Counted from the first letter of the whole stretch, positions 50,893 to 61,407 are shown. The stretch is DNA of 62,365 bases, filler included, from Globobulimina sp. (GCA_003354225.1; 25 parts of 25 records of this genome joined end to end with filler, not necessarily neighbours in it), one strand, 5' to 3'. Program-made: numbers and translations. Notes: generated from the letters alone by a model not told the origin.

Positions 50893-52028
50893 CTGTAATA
50901 GGAGATGCATTTGATAGTAAGATGGTAGTGGAATTACATAAGGGTCAAGGAGCAGTATTAAGTGTTAGTACGGCAGGTGTAATCAAGGGTTCAGAAACTG
51001 CAAATCCAATAGACTTGCGGACAAGATTTTCATCAGATGTAGACGCTGGTGATAGTATATTTTTAAATACCGGAGAAGAATTTCTAGTTATTAAAGTCAT
51101 TGACGATAGCACGATACATACAACTGCTAACCCAAGCGCTTTTTCTCTAACCGGAGATGATACAACTTATTACATTCAAAAAAAAAGATATGTTGACAAC
51201 CCAAAGTTAAGTCGGAGAAATAGTGAATTTGAAATAATCTGGAAACCATGTCTGGGATTCTTTGATATTGATGAATATATACCATGCTCACAAGGATTGT
51301 TTAATTTGCAATTAACACCTCAACCTGATGGAACCTATCAAAAGTATGCAGTTGAGACGCCGTATTCTACTTACCCAAATGGTATAGCACTAACAGATTT
51401 TAAATTTGAAATAACATCAATGCACTTGTATTTATTAAAAGGCATTGGTGCGCCAGTAAGTACTAAATCCTTAACTCTGTCCTATAAAGAAATAAGATGT
51501 CAGCAACAAAATATAACAACTAGAAATCTACATCAAAAGACTTTTCAAGTTCATCCAAATACACAAGAACTAACACTGGCTTATCAAGCAGTTGGAGCAT
51601 CTATTAATAATACGTCATTGTCAGCAGCAAAATTTAAAGCAAATGAAGTTGAACTTAATATAGATAGATTTTGGATAAGATATGGTGGAAAACAACTTCC
51701 ATCACCTATTCCAGATCCATCACATGTAAGATATGAACAAAATTGGGATGTGGATGGTAATCCAGTAGTAAACGGTAAAGATTTTTATGTACAAAGATAT
51801 GTTGAATCATTAATGTATACTAATGCTATAGAATCTCCAGAACCATTAGAAAAATGGTTTGAAAGAGGACCATACTTTCATTTTTCTGGTTATAGTCCTG
51901 ATGAAAAAGACGACAGAGTTTATGTTTCACAATCTTTTTCAAAAGAATTTCCTGATAATGCTCCAAATGTATTATTATTTGATCATTATAATAAAACAAT
52001 TGTATTAAATATAGAAAATAAAAGTTAG
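50841..52028 (+). CDS. Putative double-jelly-roll major capsid protein, N-terminally incomplete (first ATG 50922)
   Basis: Beta-rich; SRR.SEFE.IW.P.L.FF, L.LTP....YQK.A.E, RCQ......L.QK.F.V.P.T..LTLAYQ, RF.I.YGG..LP.P..DP, QRY.ES, W.ERG.Y.HF and LLFDH recall PLV/virophage-like MCPs (from memory, not searched); adjacent to a protease. Confidence 0.7.
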   Translation, partial: GWLSRNYSQAGFQERQLTVIGDAFDSKMVVELHKGQGAVLSVSTAGVIKGSETANPIDLRTRFSSDVDAGDSIFLNTGEEFLVIKVIDDSTIHTTANPSAFSLTGDDTTYYIQKKRYVDNPKLSRRNSEFEIIWKPCLGFFDIDEYIPCSQGLFNLQLTPQPDGTYQKYAVETPYSTYPNGIALTDFKFEITSMHLYLLKGIGAPVSTKSLTLSYKEIRCQQQNITTRNLHQKTFQVHPNTQELTLAYQAVGASINNTSLSAAKFKANEVELNIDRFWIRYGGKQLPSPIPDPSHVRYEQNWDVDGNPVVNGKDFYVQRYVESLMYTNAIESPEPLEKWFERGPYFHFSGYSPDEKDDRVYVSQSFSKEFPDNAPNVLLFDHYNKTIVLNIENKS

Positions 52029-52377
52029 TAAATAAAAGAATAAAAAAAGAAGCTGAAAAAAAATATGATGAAATATTATTGAGAATGTATTCCTTAGTTG
52101 GAGCTGATACTACATATAATACTGAATTGTTAAAAATTGGCAAGAAATTATTTAAAAAAAAATTTCGTGGTGTATTCAGTAGTGATATGCTACCTGAACC
52201 TTTTAATAAAGGAGATGTAATGATTGTTAATTTAGACAAATCAAATGAACCAGGAAGTCATTGGATTGGAGTGGGTAAGGAAAAAAAGAAAGATATTATA
52301 TGGGTTTATGATAGTTTTGGTAGAAATATAAATAAAATCATTCCAGCAATAAAAAAATATAAAAAAACAAATATAGT
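52022..52377 (+). CDS. Adenain/Ulp1-like (clan CE) capsid maturation cysteine protease, 3' truncated
   Basis: FRGVFSSD.LP, IVNLDKSNEPGSHWIG (catalytic His), VYDSFG (catalytic Asp); the catalytic Cys would lie beyond the contig end. Confidence 0.9.
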
Positions 52378-52801
52378 NNNNNNNNNNNNNNNNNNNNNNN
52401 NNNNNNNNNNNNNNNNNNNNNTTAATTAATTAANNNNNNNNNNNNNNNNNNNNNNNNNNNNNNNNNNNNNNNNNNNNCATTGTTTGGGTGTAGCCAAAGC
52501 CACAAGACACACGCTCTAACAGTTGAGCTACTGAACCATTGGATGTTGTGTTGTTGTGTTTTTCTGAAATCCTGTCAACAAACATGTTCATATACAATGC
52601 TGAAACTACAATTAAAAGTTCATGGCAAAAGAAACAAATTACAACATTCAAAGGATAATCATATACCTGTAATTTTAACACCTTTTGGTTGCGGACAGCT
52701 GCAACATGCACTCATGGAAATATGAAATTAATTAATAGCATAATTTGACTAATTATAGCATAATTTATCGAATATTCACATTAAATCTCTATCATTTTAC
52801 C

Positions 52802-53564
52802 ATGACAACATCACCAAAAATTACAGCATGGAAACATTCCAAAGTCTGTCACCCGTATAATAATAATAAAAAAAGATGGAAGCACTCTGTGCCAGCAATC
52901 AAAATAAAGTCCAACAGTCTCGGGGTTAATGATAAAGACAATGAGTTAGAGATTGTAATGATTGGTATTCAGAGATTTTTTGTGCAACATTCAGAAGATA
53001 AAACATATGCGGATGGAGCGAGCAAAGCTGTTTTATGCAATTATGTCATTGCACACTGTCCAGGTTTAACAATTAGTAAATTTAGATTTGCATTGAGCAC
53101 TGCGATTCGATTAAAATTGGTGCAAACAAATATTATCACAAATAATTTGTTACCAATTGCAGGACATCGGTCATCTGAATCTGTTACAATACAGGTAAAA
53201 CGACACATTTTCTCTTCATTTTCATTGTGATTTATGGTTTGATTACTTTGATAATATTTAGCTTTCAGATGATATCGATTCTGCAAATCCTGACAGATTA
53301 TCGATGTGGAATAACATTGACGATGAATTGGATGACATTGTGGAGAAAGCCATGAATAAAAAAGGGATAAATGAGTTTAAAGTAAAAAATACAAAATGTT
53401 TTTATTGCAACAGATTATTTTATAATCACCGCGGCGTTTTACAACATTGTATGCAAACTCACCATCAAGCATTGGGTTACAGTTTCAAATGTAATCATTG
53501 TACACATAAATTTAAGACAGAATCCGCGTTGAATGATCACTTTCAATTCATGCATTCTCAATGA
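52802..53564 (+). CDS. Putative DNA-binding protein: H15/winged-helix-like segment + two C2H2 zinc fingers; intron 53195-53261
   Basis: GASK..L.NYV......FRFAL..A....LV; CFYC...F......QH...TH; FKC.HC...FKTESAL.DH....H; splice restores the frame. Confidence 0.6.
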
Positions 53565-53654
53565 CTTGTTTTACTGTCGTATTAAATAATAACTTCTTTA
53601 GCTTTCTTTCTCTATCTTATTATATGTGAAGTTTTCAAAAACTTTATTTTTATC

Positions 53655-54874
53655 ATGCAAACGACGTTAGCACTCCCACAGAAACAAACGCAACTCTCCA
53701 AATCCAAACGTCACTCCCAATCTGACTCCTTAGCATATGGCAAAATCTCAGACGAGCACTCCTCCACACACTCCACTGACATGTTCGCAGACGACAACAA
53801 AATACGAGTTATCGCCCGTTTTAGGCCCAAAAACAAAAAAGAAGTGCGGTGGGCCAAACAAAACAATATAAACAATTCCCTCCCTCGGTTCATCTCCTCC
53901 CAGCAAGTCAGGTTAGAGCCCTCGCCCTTATCCTCGGGCTCGCGCATCTCGCTCGATTTCAACTCCCTATCCATGGCCAACTGCAACAGCCGACAGTTCA
54001 CCTCCACACTGGACCTCATCCTAAACCAACAGTGCACGCAACGCCAAGTCTTTTACCGCTGCGGGCTGCCTATGATCATGGCCTGTTTGGACGGCTACAA
54101 TTCCACCATCTTCGCCTACGGCCAATCCGGCTCTGGCAAAACCTACACAATGATGGGCCCGGAAACCAACATCCAATGCGCCGACGACTTCGGCTTAGTG
54201 CCTCGTTGCATCATATACTTATTCCAAAAGCTCGACGAGACCCTCAGCCAAAACGGCGGCAAATTGCAGGATTACATGGTCCACATGGAACTGCTACAGA
54301 TTTACAAGTCGCAGCTATCGGACCTCTTGAACCCAGAAAGTAAGAAGAAGTTAGTGATCAAAACCAACTTCAGCACTGACGGCGTGTTCGTGCAAAACCT
54401 GAAATCCATCCAGATACAAACAGTGGAGGAGGCCTTCAAATGGCTGACCATGGCGCAGCAAAACCGGATCGTGGCCGGCCATTCGCTCAACGAAGTGTCG
54501 TCGCGCTCGCATATGTTGATCATGATGACGGTGGTCCAGCGCAGCGTGGATGGCACGTTGAAGACCAGCAAGCTCAACTTCGGGGACCTGGCGGGCAGCG
54601 AGGATCTGACCAAAGCTCTGGGCAAACTGTCGCCGCATTCGTCGCCGGAGCGGAGGAAGGAAGCCATTGCCATCAACCAGTCGCTGAGCGCGTTGACGAC
54701 GGCGGTGAGCTATTTGTCGCGTGGACAGAAGCCGGGCTTTCGGGACAGTCCCTTGACGCATATATTGAAGGACAGCTTGGGCGGCAACAGCAAGACGATC
54801 ATGTTGGTGACGGTGTCGCCGCACATCTATAACCGCGGGGAGACCATTCGGACGCTGCGGTTTGCGTCGACTGC
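53655..54874 (+). CDS. Kinesin motor-domain protein, 3' truncated
   Basis: IRVIARFRP, GYNSTIFAYGQSGSGKTYTM, N..SSRSH, DLAGSE, IN.SLSAL, FRDS.LT.IL.DSLGGNSKT, ET..TLRFA. Confidence 0.97.
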
Positions 54875-55246
54875 NNNNNNNNNNNNNNNNNNNNNNNNNN
54901 NNNNNNNNNNNNNNNNNNTTAATTAATTAANNNNNNNNNNNNNNNNNNNNNNNNNNNNNNNNNNNNNNNNNNNNGAAACTTTTTAAATCCGGCAATGCAG
55001 CATCCATGCTTGATTTACAAATGTTAAGATAAAACTCACAAAAACTGTGTTCGATATTAGCTTCGGACAGCTATCCCATAAGGTAGTTGTGTAATTAGTG
55101 AGTTTGTTATGTCTGGCATTTATTGATTAAATTGTGATGGTATAAGCCAGAGACTTATCGTATAGAAATTCTGACTTTATCCAGCATTATGTCGCCATGG
55201 TGGTCAGTGTTGGACGCCAAAGGAAAACATGTTAAGAAAAACGCTA

Positions 55247-55549
55247 TAGTAGTGTGCATTTATTTTATTCATGGCTGCTCCCAGATGGAACTGGATCAAT
55301 CAATCTTATTGTTTTAACCTAAATAAATAATCTGTATTGATCAGATCTTTAATATTTGGATCGTATTTTTTCGTAAAGCGTTTTTATGGAATTTTGGAGG
55401 TTTTTGAATACAATGAAGGATACGAAGACAATCAAACAAGTTTGATGGAATCTGATCAATACAGATTTTTTATTTAGGTTAAATGTATGCTTTCATTGTA
55501 TTGGAATGGACTGACCTCTTTTTGATGAAAAATAAGATGCACACTACGA
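55247..55549. repeat. Nested inverted repeats (fold-back / MITE-like)
   Basis: 55313-55346 pairs with 55450-55483 (34 bp, 1 mismatch); 55247-55272 pairs imperfectly with 55525-55549. Confidence 0.75.
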
Positions 55550-55699
55550 TATGGCTCTCTGCTTTCTGTTTGTCCATATATTTGAACACACAAACAATAT
55601 TATACCAAAGTAAATGTATGGAAATGTAGTGCATATGGAAGGTGTTCTACTGCAAAAGTATGGATGTCATATCTCTAATATTAATGTATCATATTACTG

Positions 55700-56411
55700 T
55701 GTATATATAAACGGCAGCAACACTCGCCACTAATTACCGAACTACCTTAAAAGACAAACACATAATCATCGGGCAAAAACCCTTTATAATTACTCAAATC
55801 TTCAATGACTTCAATGATTCAATTGATTATTTATTATGGATTGATACAGATGTATTGTTTTATGGTTGTTTATATTCGATCGAATCGCAATTAATATATT
55901 AATTAAGAATTCTTTTTGGTCCAACTCATTTTTATCAAAGGAGAAGTATATATTAATGAATGCAGATAAATTTAATTTTTATGCAGCACCGCCGAGTTAT
56001 TCAGGCGATCAAAAGTGTCTATGGTCATTGATATCCGGATTTGATCCATACGCTCATATAAATAAGAAAACATTTGAAAAACATCTGACATGGTTTGTTC
56101 ATTTATTCCGTGTGGAGTATATTATAAATGTCACAAATACTACTTTTAATGAATTGATTTTTGATGAAAATAATGAGAATGTAATGGATTGGTTTTCAAA
56201 ATATCTCATTAATGATGAATTCATAAATCATATTGCTTTGCTTCCGTCATTTTATATGAATTTCGCAGCGCAATGGTTTTTTAATCCTAATTTCACTCAA
56301 AAGATTGATTTCGATCCGTTTATGGTTCATTTTGCTGGAGGTCCAAGAAATAAAGCTTTGTTTCACAGAGAACCATTTATTTATTTAAACTGTTTTGTGC
56401 CACTCAGATAA
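55700..56411 (+). pseudogene. GT34-like (Mnn10/Gma12-type) glycosyltransferase, frame-disrupted
   Basis: (W)AKPFII, DYLLWIDTD (DxD), ILIKNS.WS..FL, DQ..L and FMVHFAG are spread over different frames. Confidence 0.6.
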
Positions 56412-56568
56412 TTAAGGGAATGTAGGTAAATTACTTAATTAAAATTGGAACCATATAGCTATTTATATATGAGCACAGCTGTATGTAAAAATACGATAAC
56501 CAAGAAAACAGTGTAGTATCTTGCTTTGGCATCATCCGCTCCAACTAGTCCAACATCAGCACGTGTCA

Positions 56569-57371
56569 ATGAACAGAATATTACTGTTGTTCTTGCTTAA
56601 TTGCACGTCTGTAAGCAGTCAATCGCATTATACATGTCCATCAAATGAAGATTGTATTCGAGACTGTAGCTCGACATCATGTGCGAATATGGTAATTCAA
56701 GCAGCAAATGCAGCCAATTTAATAGTAACATGCTCCAATAACTATTGCGCCGGGATCCAAATTTCCTGTCCATACGATACAAGAGCAACATGTAAAATTA
56801 CTTGCAATTCAAACGGATGTCAAAATGGAGTAATTAATTATCCTCAACCACAAAATGTTATACTTGACTGTTTAGGGGATTCTTCATGTACAGGCTTACA
56901 ATTATTAGGACCCGACACTTTTTCAGGAACCACAGTTGATTCAAACGCCACTATTAAATGTATGGCGTCGTCAGCCTGTAAAAGTGCAATATTTGATGTG
57001 AATTATGTATATAAAGTTAATATATTATGTAAACTGTCAAGCTCATCAACAACATGTGGCAGCACTGTGATCCATGCCAAATATGCCTCACATGTTTCAG
57101 TAAACTGCAACGGCCAAAATGATTGCAGCGGACTCTACATTGACGCACAATATGTCACAGGCGAGTTATCATTAAATTGTAACGGTGCGTATGGCTGCAA
57201 AGCCTCGACTGCTGTTCATGTGGAATATGCCAATCATTTTTCATTAAATTGTGGCGCAAATACGCAATCCTGTGCATCTGTGGACATTTATCCAAATACC
57301 GACAATTATCATTCAACTGCACTCTCCTGTGCTGCCGCAGGTTGTTATGGTATAAAAGTGCATATTTATGA
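56569..57371 (+). CDS. Secreted Cys-rich repeat protein, 3' truncated
   Basis: Signal peptide MNRILLLFLL; recurring about 25-aa units I.C.....C....I. Confidence 0.8.
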
Positions 57372-57471
57372 NNNNNNNNNNNNNNNNNNNNNNNNNNNNN
57401 NNNNNNNNNNNNNNNTTAATTAATTAANNNNNNNNNNNNNNNNNNNNNNNNNNNNNNNNNNNNNNNNNNNN

Positions 57472-58938
57472 AGACAACATATTATACCACATATTTGCAT
57501 TTATAATTGATGAAGTACCATTGGAAGATGGCCTAGTTAGTGGTTATTGATATATGTTTTTGTTTCCATCGCAAATTCAATACGTACTTTTTTGTATTAT
57601 TTAGGTATTGACATGCTGTAAATTCAGGTAACCTTATTTTAAAATGATTTTTTTGATCAAGATAGTGCATGGAATTCAATTATAACTAAGATTTACAACA
57701 TACAATCATCCAATCAAATTTCCTAAACATTATCACGTTCGCATTGATCCAAGATTTCGATTTTCAAAAAAAAGAATAAAAAATGATAAAATGTTTCAAA
57801 TCGGAGCACCCATAGCACCCGCAACCAAACAAGCAGTTGTCATTAATAATATTAACGGCATTATTAATAATAAAATATTTCCCTTTCACAACATGCGAGT
57901 TTTCCAATTTACAGCATCCTGTTCATTAGCAATTGTTTATCCAATATTTAATTTGCATCCTGCAGTTTTTTAGCACAAAATCTATCACCGTTTGGTTATT
58001 TTACTTATATGTTATAACGAAATCATTTGCAAATTGCTATATACTTTAAAACACCAAAAGGTTTTTGGAAGAAAAGAATGACCATAAAATTGTGGATTTT
58101 CCTCCTATTTTCAATAATTGTGTATTATTTACATTTATTACCCATTATACACAGTATGTATTGTCTATTGTCTATTGTGTGAATGTATAGTTTTGTATAT
58201 ATGTTTTCAATATTATCTATTTGCAGAAAATGGAATAAATCAATTAATTTGAATGGGAAATTCCCGCACTTGACAGCTTTGAAAGTATCCATTGAAAGCA
58301 TTGACGTTATACCGCAAATACAAAGTTTTTTAGATTGTGTTTCGAATACAGTTTCTATGCTTTTTCTTGAATTAAATATTCGATCAAAAGATTACAAACA
58401 AGATAATGATAATATGGATGTACTATTTACATTGAGATTACCCGCCAAACTTGAAATATTATCAATTTATTGCTTTGATGATATGAATTATAATATTGAT
58501 TTGAGTGCATGTGACAATTTGAAGTATGTGGTCGCATTGCAAGCGTCCATTAAATTTATCCATAATGCATTGGAACAAAATAAGAAAATGAAATTAAAAT
58601 TAAAATATTTGGTTATAAATGGTTTAAATGATGTATATAAATTAAAATGGGATTTACTTAAACAAAATGGTGTAACAACAATGTATTTGCCGTCATTACC
58701 TTCATTTTCTAAAACAATTCAAGGTTCCGGAGATATTAAGTTATTTGGACATTTTCCAAATGTGAATCAGGTCCGAAATGAGATTGAAAACAAAAAATTA
58801 AGATTGTTATTACGGGATTTGAACAATCAACAGAAAAGACACTATTTATGGGGATATTTTTGGTATGAAATCAAAGACAAACTGAAGTTTGAAGAAACTC
58901 AACTCATTAAACAAGATCTTGATAGTGTAGAAATATAG
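57472..58938 (+). CDS. Multi-exon hypothetical protein with LRR-like C-terminal exon (partial)
   Basis: FPHLTAL.V, LP.KLE.L.I and LS.C.NLKY.V patterns; 5' exon structure unresolved. Confidence 0.4.
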
Positions 58939-59034
58939 AAATAGAGAATTGAAGTAAATTAAATATTAAATACTGCATTAAATTAAATTAAAATAATATC
59001 ACATTAAATATTATTTATTTATTTCTGTCTTGGT

Positions 59035-59868
59035 TTAATGGGCTGGTTTTTGAAAAATAAATTCCCATCCAATTGTAATTAAATTTTGTTTTTCCATTTG
59101 GATGAATTCCTCGGCACCGTTTCTCATAAATTTTACCAAATCTTTCATGTGCTTCGGCAAAATACGAGCAAATGTTAAATATGATATTATTTTCTCGACA
59201 GTGTCAAAATGCTGATGCTCCCGCAATAACATTGGCAGTTCACGCGGTGATTTGCCTCCGTCACTTTTAATTATTTCAAAACCTGCTCTTTTCGCCATTG
59301 CCTCAAAATATTTATAATGTAAAAAAGCACCGCCAGCTAATAATGGTCGCGACTTATTCATCAAATGTAAGTGGTTTTTATTGTGTCCATCAAAGGCATC
59401 CAACAGAACGGCATCACATACAACGAATCTTGAGCCAGGCTTTAAAATTCTGAACATTTCATTAAATACTGCATCATAATCAGTTATAAACGTTGTAAAA
59501 CCTTCAATACTGTAAATTCCATCAAACATTTCATTGGAAAACGACATTTTTTCATTTAAATCTTGCAAAATAAATTTGGTTTTATCATATTGCTCATCTT
59601 TTGCATACTTTTGAGCATCTTTTATTTGCGTCACATCAATGTTGATGCCGTAAACGGTGCAGTCAGTTACCGATGAGATGTGATGTGCGACTCTGCCGCA
59701 TCCACAGCCAACATCCAAAATACTTTTATTTTTGCTCACATTGAGATTTGCGGCAATTTCTTTTTCAAACAACAGCTGGTTCTCAATAAACGACTTTTTC
59801 TCATCAATGCATTTCGGGAGATACATTTTCTTGACATTTCCGAGTGCACACAATTTGTTTAAAATGCT
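59035..59868 (-). CDS. SAM-dependent methyltransferase, sterol C24-methyltransferase-like; 5' truncated
   Basis: ILDVGCG.GR, V.GINI...QI, FDG.YSIE, VF.EMFRILKPG, AGFEI, F.KP C-terminus. Confidence 0.8.
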   Translation of the reverse strand, partial: SILNKLCALGNVKKMYLPKCIDEKKSFIENQLLFEKEIAANLNVSKNKSILDVGCGCGRVAHHISSVTDCTVYGINIDVTQIKDAQKYAKDEQYDKTKFILQDLNEKMSFSNEMFDGIYSIEGFTTFITDYDAVFNEMFRILKPGSRFVVCDAVLLDAFDGHNKNHLHLMNKSRPLLAGGAFLHYKYFEAMAKRAGFEIIKSDGGKSPRELPMLLREHQHFDTVEKIISYLTFARILPKHMKDLVKFMRNGAEEFIQMEKQNLITIGWEFIFQKPAH

Positions 59869-59968
59869 NNNNNNNNNNNNNNNNNNNNNNNNNNNNNNNN
59901 NNNNNNNNNNNNTTAATTAATTAANNNNNNNNNNNNNNNNNNNNNNNNNNNNNNNNNNNNNNNNNNNN

Positions 59969-60684
59969 CATAAAATAAATTCATGCCTCTTTCGTTGGAT
60001 AAGTCCTTGTGATATATCTGGTTTTATATCTCTTTTGTAAGGAATTATATTTTCATATCTCTTGTACTCATAACTGAGAGCATTGAACAAAAAAATATCT
60101 GTTGGGGTGCTCCAGTCCATATAACCACCAGTTATTAGATATATGTTATCATTTAATTGCATCGCATGCTGCCTATTCAACGTAGTAATCATTCTCAAAT
60201 CATTTTCCTTTGAAATTGGACTGTTTCTTATTGTCAATAAATTAATATATTGGATGCTATTTAATTTTAAAATTGTATTCACTATAATTTTGTATATAAA
60301 ATTTCCACATTTTTTAGTATCATCCATTTTATCTGCATTCCAATTAAAACCAGTATCAATATAATATCGCAGATGCGACTGATGCGTATTGTCAATATGT
60401 GTGATATCAATAATTTTATCATGGTGACAATTATCTGAATCAAATATGTCAGGAAAAGTAGCATTGATCAATTCTAATTTAATATATTGCTTTTTAAATG
60501 GATTACAAATATAAGATTGTAAGGTTTTGGCGGCTGTTGTAGCGACATGAAATATAATAAACGAACAACCATCAATGGTTGAGACATATGAATCTGCCAT
60601 CTCTTGAGGTAATTTATTTTCTTGCAACCAATAATTATTTGGTGATTCCAACAATAAATCAGTGACATCTGCAACATCAGACAT
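59969..60684 (-). CDS. Kelch/beta-propeller-like protein, 3' truncated
   Basis: HAM.L..NIYLITGGY...DIFLFN...Y. Confidence 0.45.
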
Positions 60685-60766
60685 ACAGACAATTAATAAG
60701 TTTTTTCAATTAGCTCCAGATTCCAAGCTAAAGTGCAAGGATATATTACAACTAAATTACAATGAT

Positions 60767-61263
60767 TTATTTACCCTTTGTACTTATGCTTAACCACCAA
60801 TTTTTTGATACTCATTTCAATAAAATTTGTAAGTTTTTTAACTGCAGGGAAATCTTTTTTTGTTTTATCAATTGCAACAATACAATCACAATTCACTTTA
60901 TATCGTTTCAAAATGTCCTCGTTGGCTGTGGATCTATCTATTTGTGCCACAACCACTGTATAAATTCCTTCATTGTCCATAACATTTTGTAATCTCTCTG
61001 TCATTGGAGATGCTACCTCTTTTTTAGGATCATAAAAGCTAAGTATCTGTTCACATCAAAGTATAAAAAACATAAACAATACAGTATCTCTAGCAAACTA
61101 AACTATATTTTGATCTTCATCAACTTCACCTGCCCATTTTTGTAAATCAGAAACACTTTTCAGGGCTTTAAACTACATATTAATCAATATTAATATTCAA
61201 TACATACACTCATAAAAACCAAACTTTATTCTGTTCATCATTTTCCTTCGCTTCTTGTGCCAT
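60767..61263 (-). CDS. Small thioredoxin-fold-like protein without CxxC; about 3 exons
   Basis: LKSVSDL..W, ILSFYDP.....PM...L, VVVAQID, I..RY.V follow the Trx topology. Confidence 0.4.
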
Positions 61264-61407
61264 TATAAAAAAGAAAGTAAGTTTTAAAATCAACTAATCA
61301 AGAATGAAAGTTAAAAACCAAAATTAAAAAAATGAAAGTTATCTTGTTGAAAACGTAAAACATGCGCAAGGATTATAACAACCAAACAACAACACATGTA
61401 CAAAATG

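Larger units (their letters stand above)
49981..52377 (+). mobile_element. Polinton-like virus / virophage-type element fragment (whole contig)
   Basis: Three co-oriented, intronless, nearly abutting A-rich ORFs, including a capsid-like gene next to an adenain-like protease gene. Confidence 0.8.

Noticed and set aside
53711-54832. Overlapping alternative and antisense ORFs in the kinesin gene (and similar shadow ORFs over Leo1 and eIF6)
   Set aside because: By-products of high GC or low-complexity codon usage; no motifs.
47484-54874. Viral cassette integrated between the Furry-like gene and the zinc-finger/kinesin genes
   Set aside because: Spacers separate these contigs; adjacency reflects length sorting, not genomic linkage.
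2401-59968. Regularly spaced TTAATTAATTAA motif every 2.5 kb as a biological repeat, array or telomere
   Set aside because: Always embedded in N-runs and identical each time; it is a six-frame-stop concatenation linker. ORFs ending in X…LIN are artefacts.
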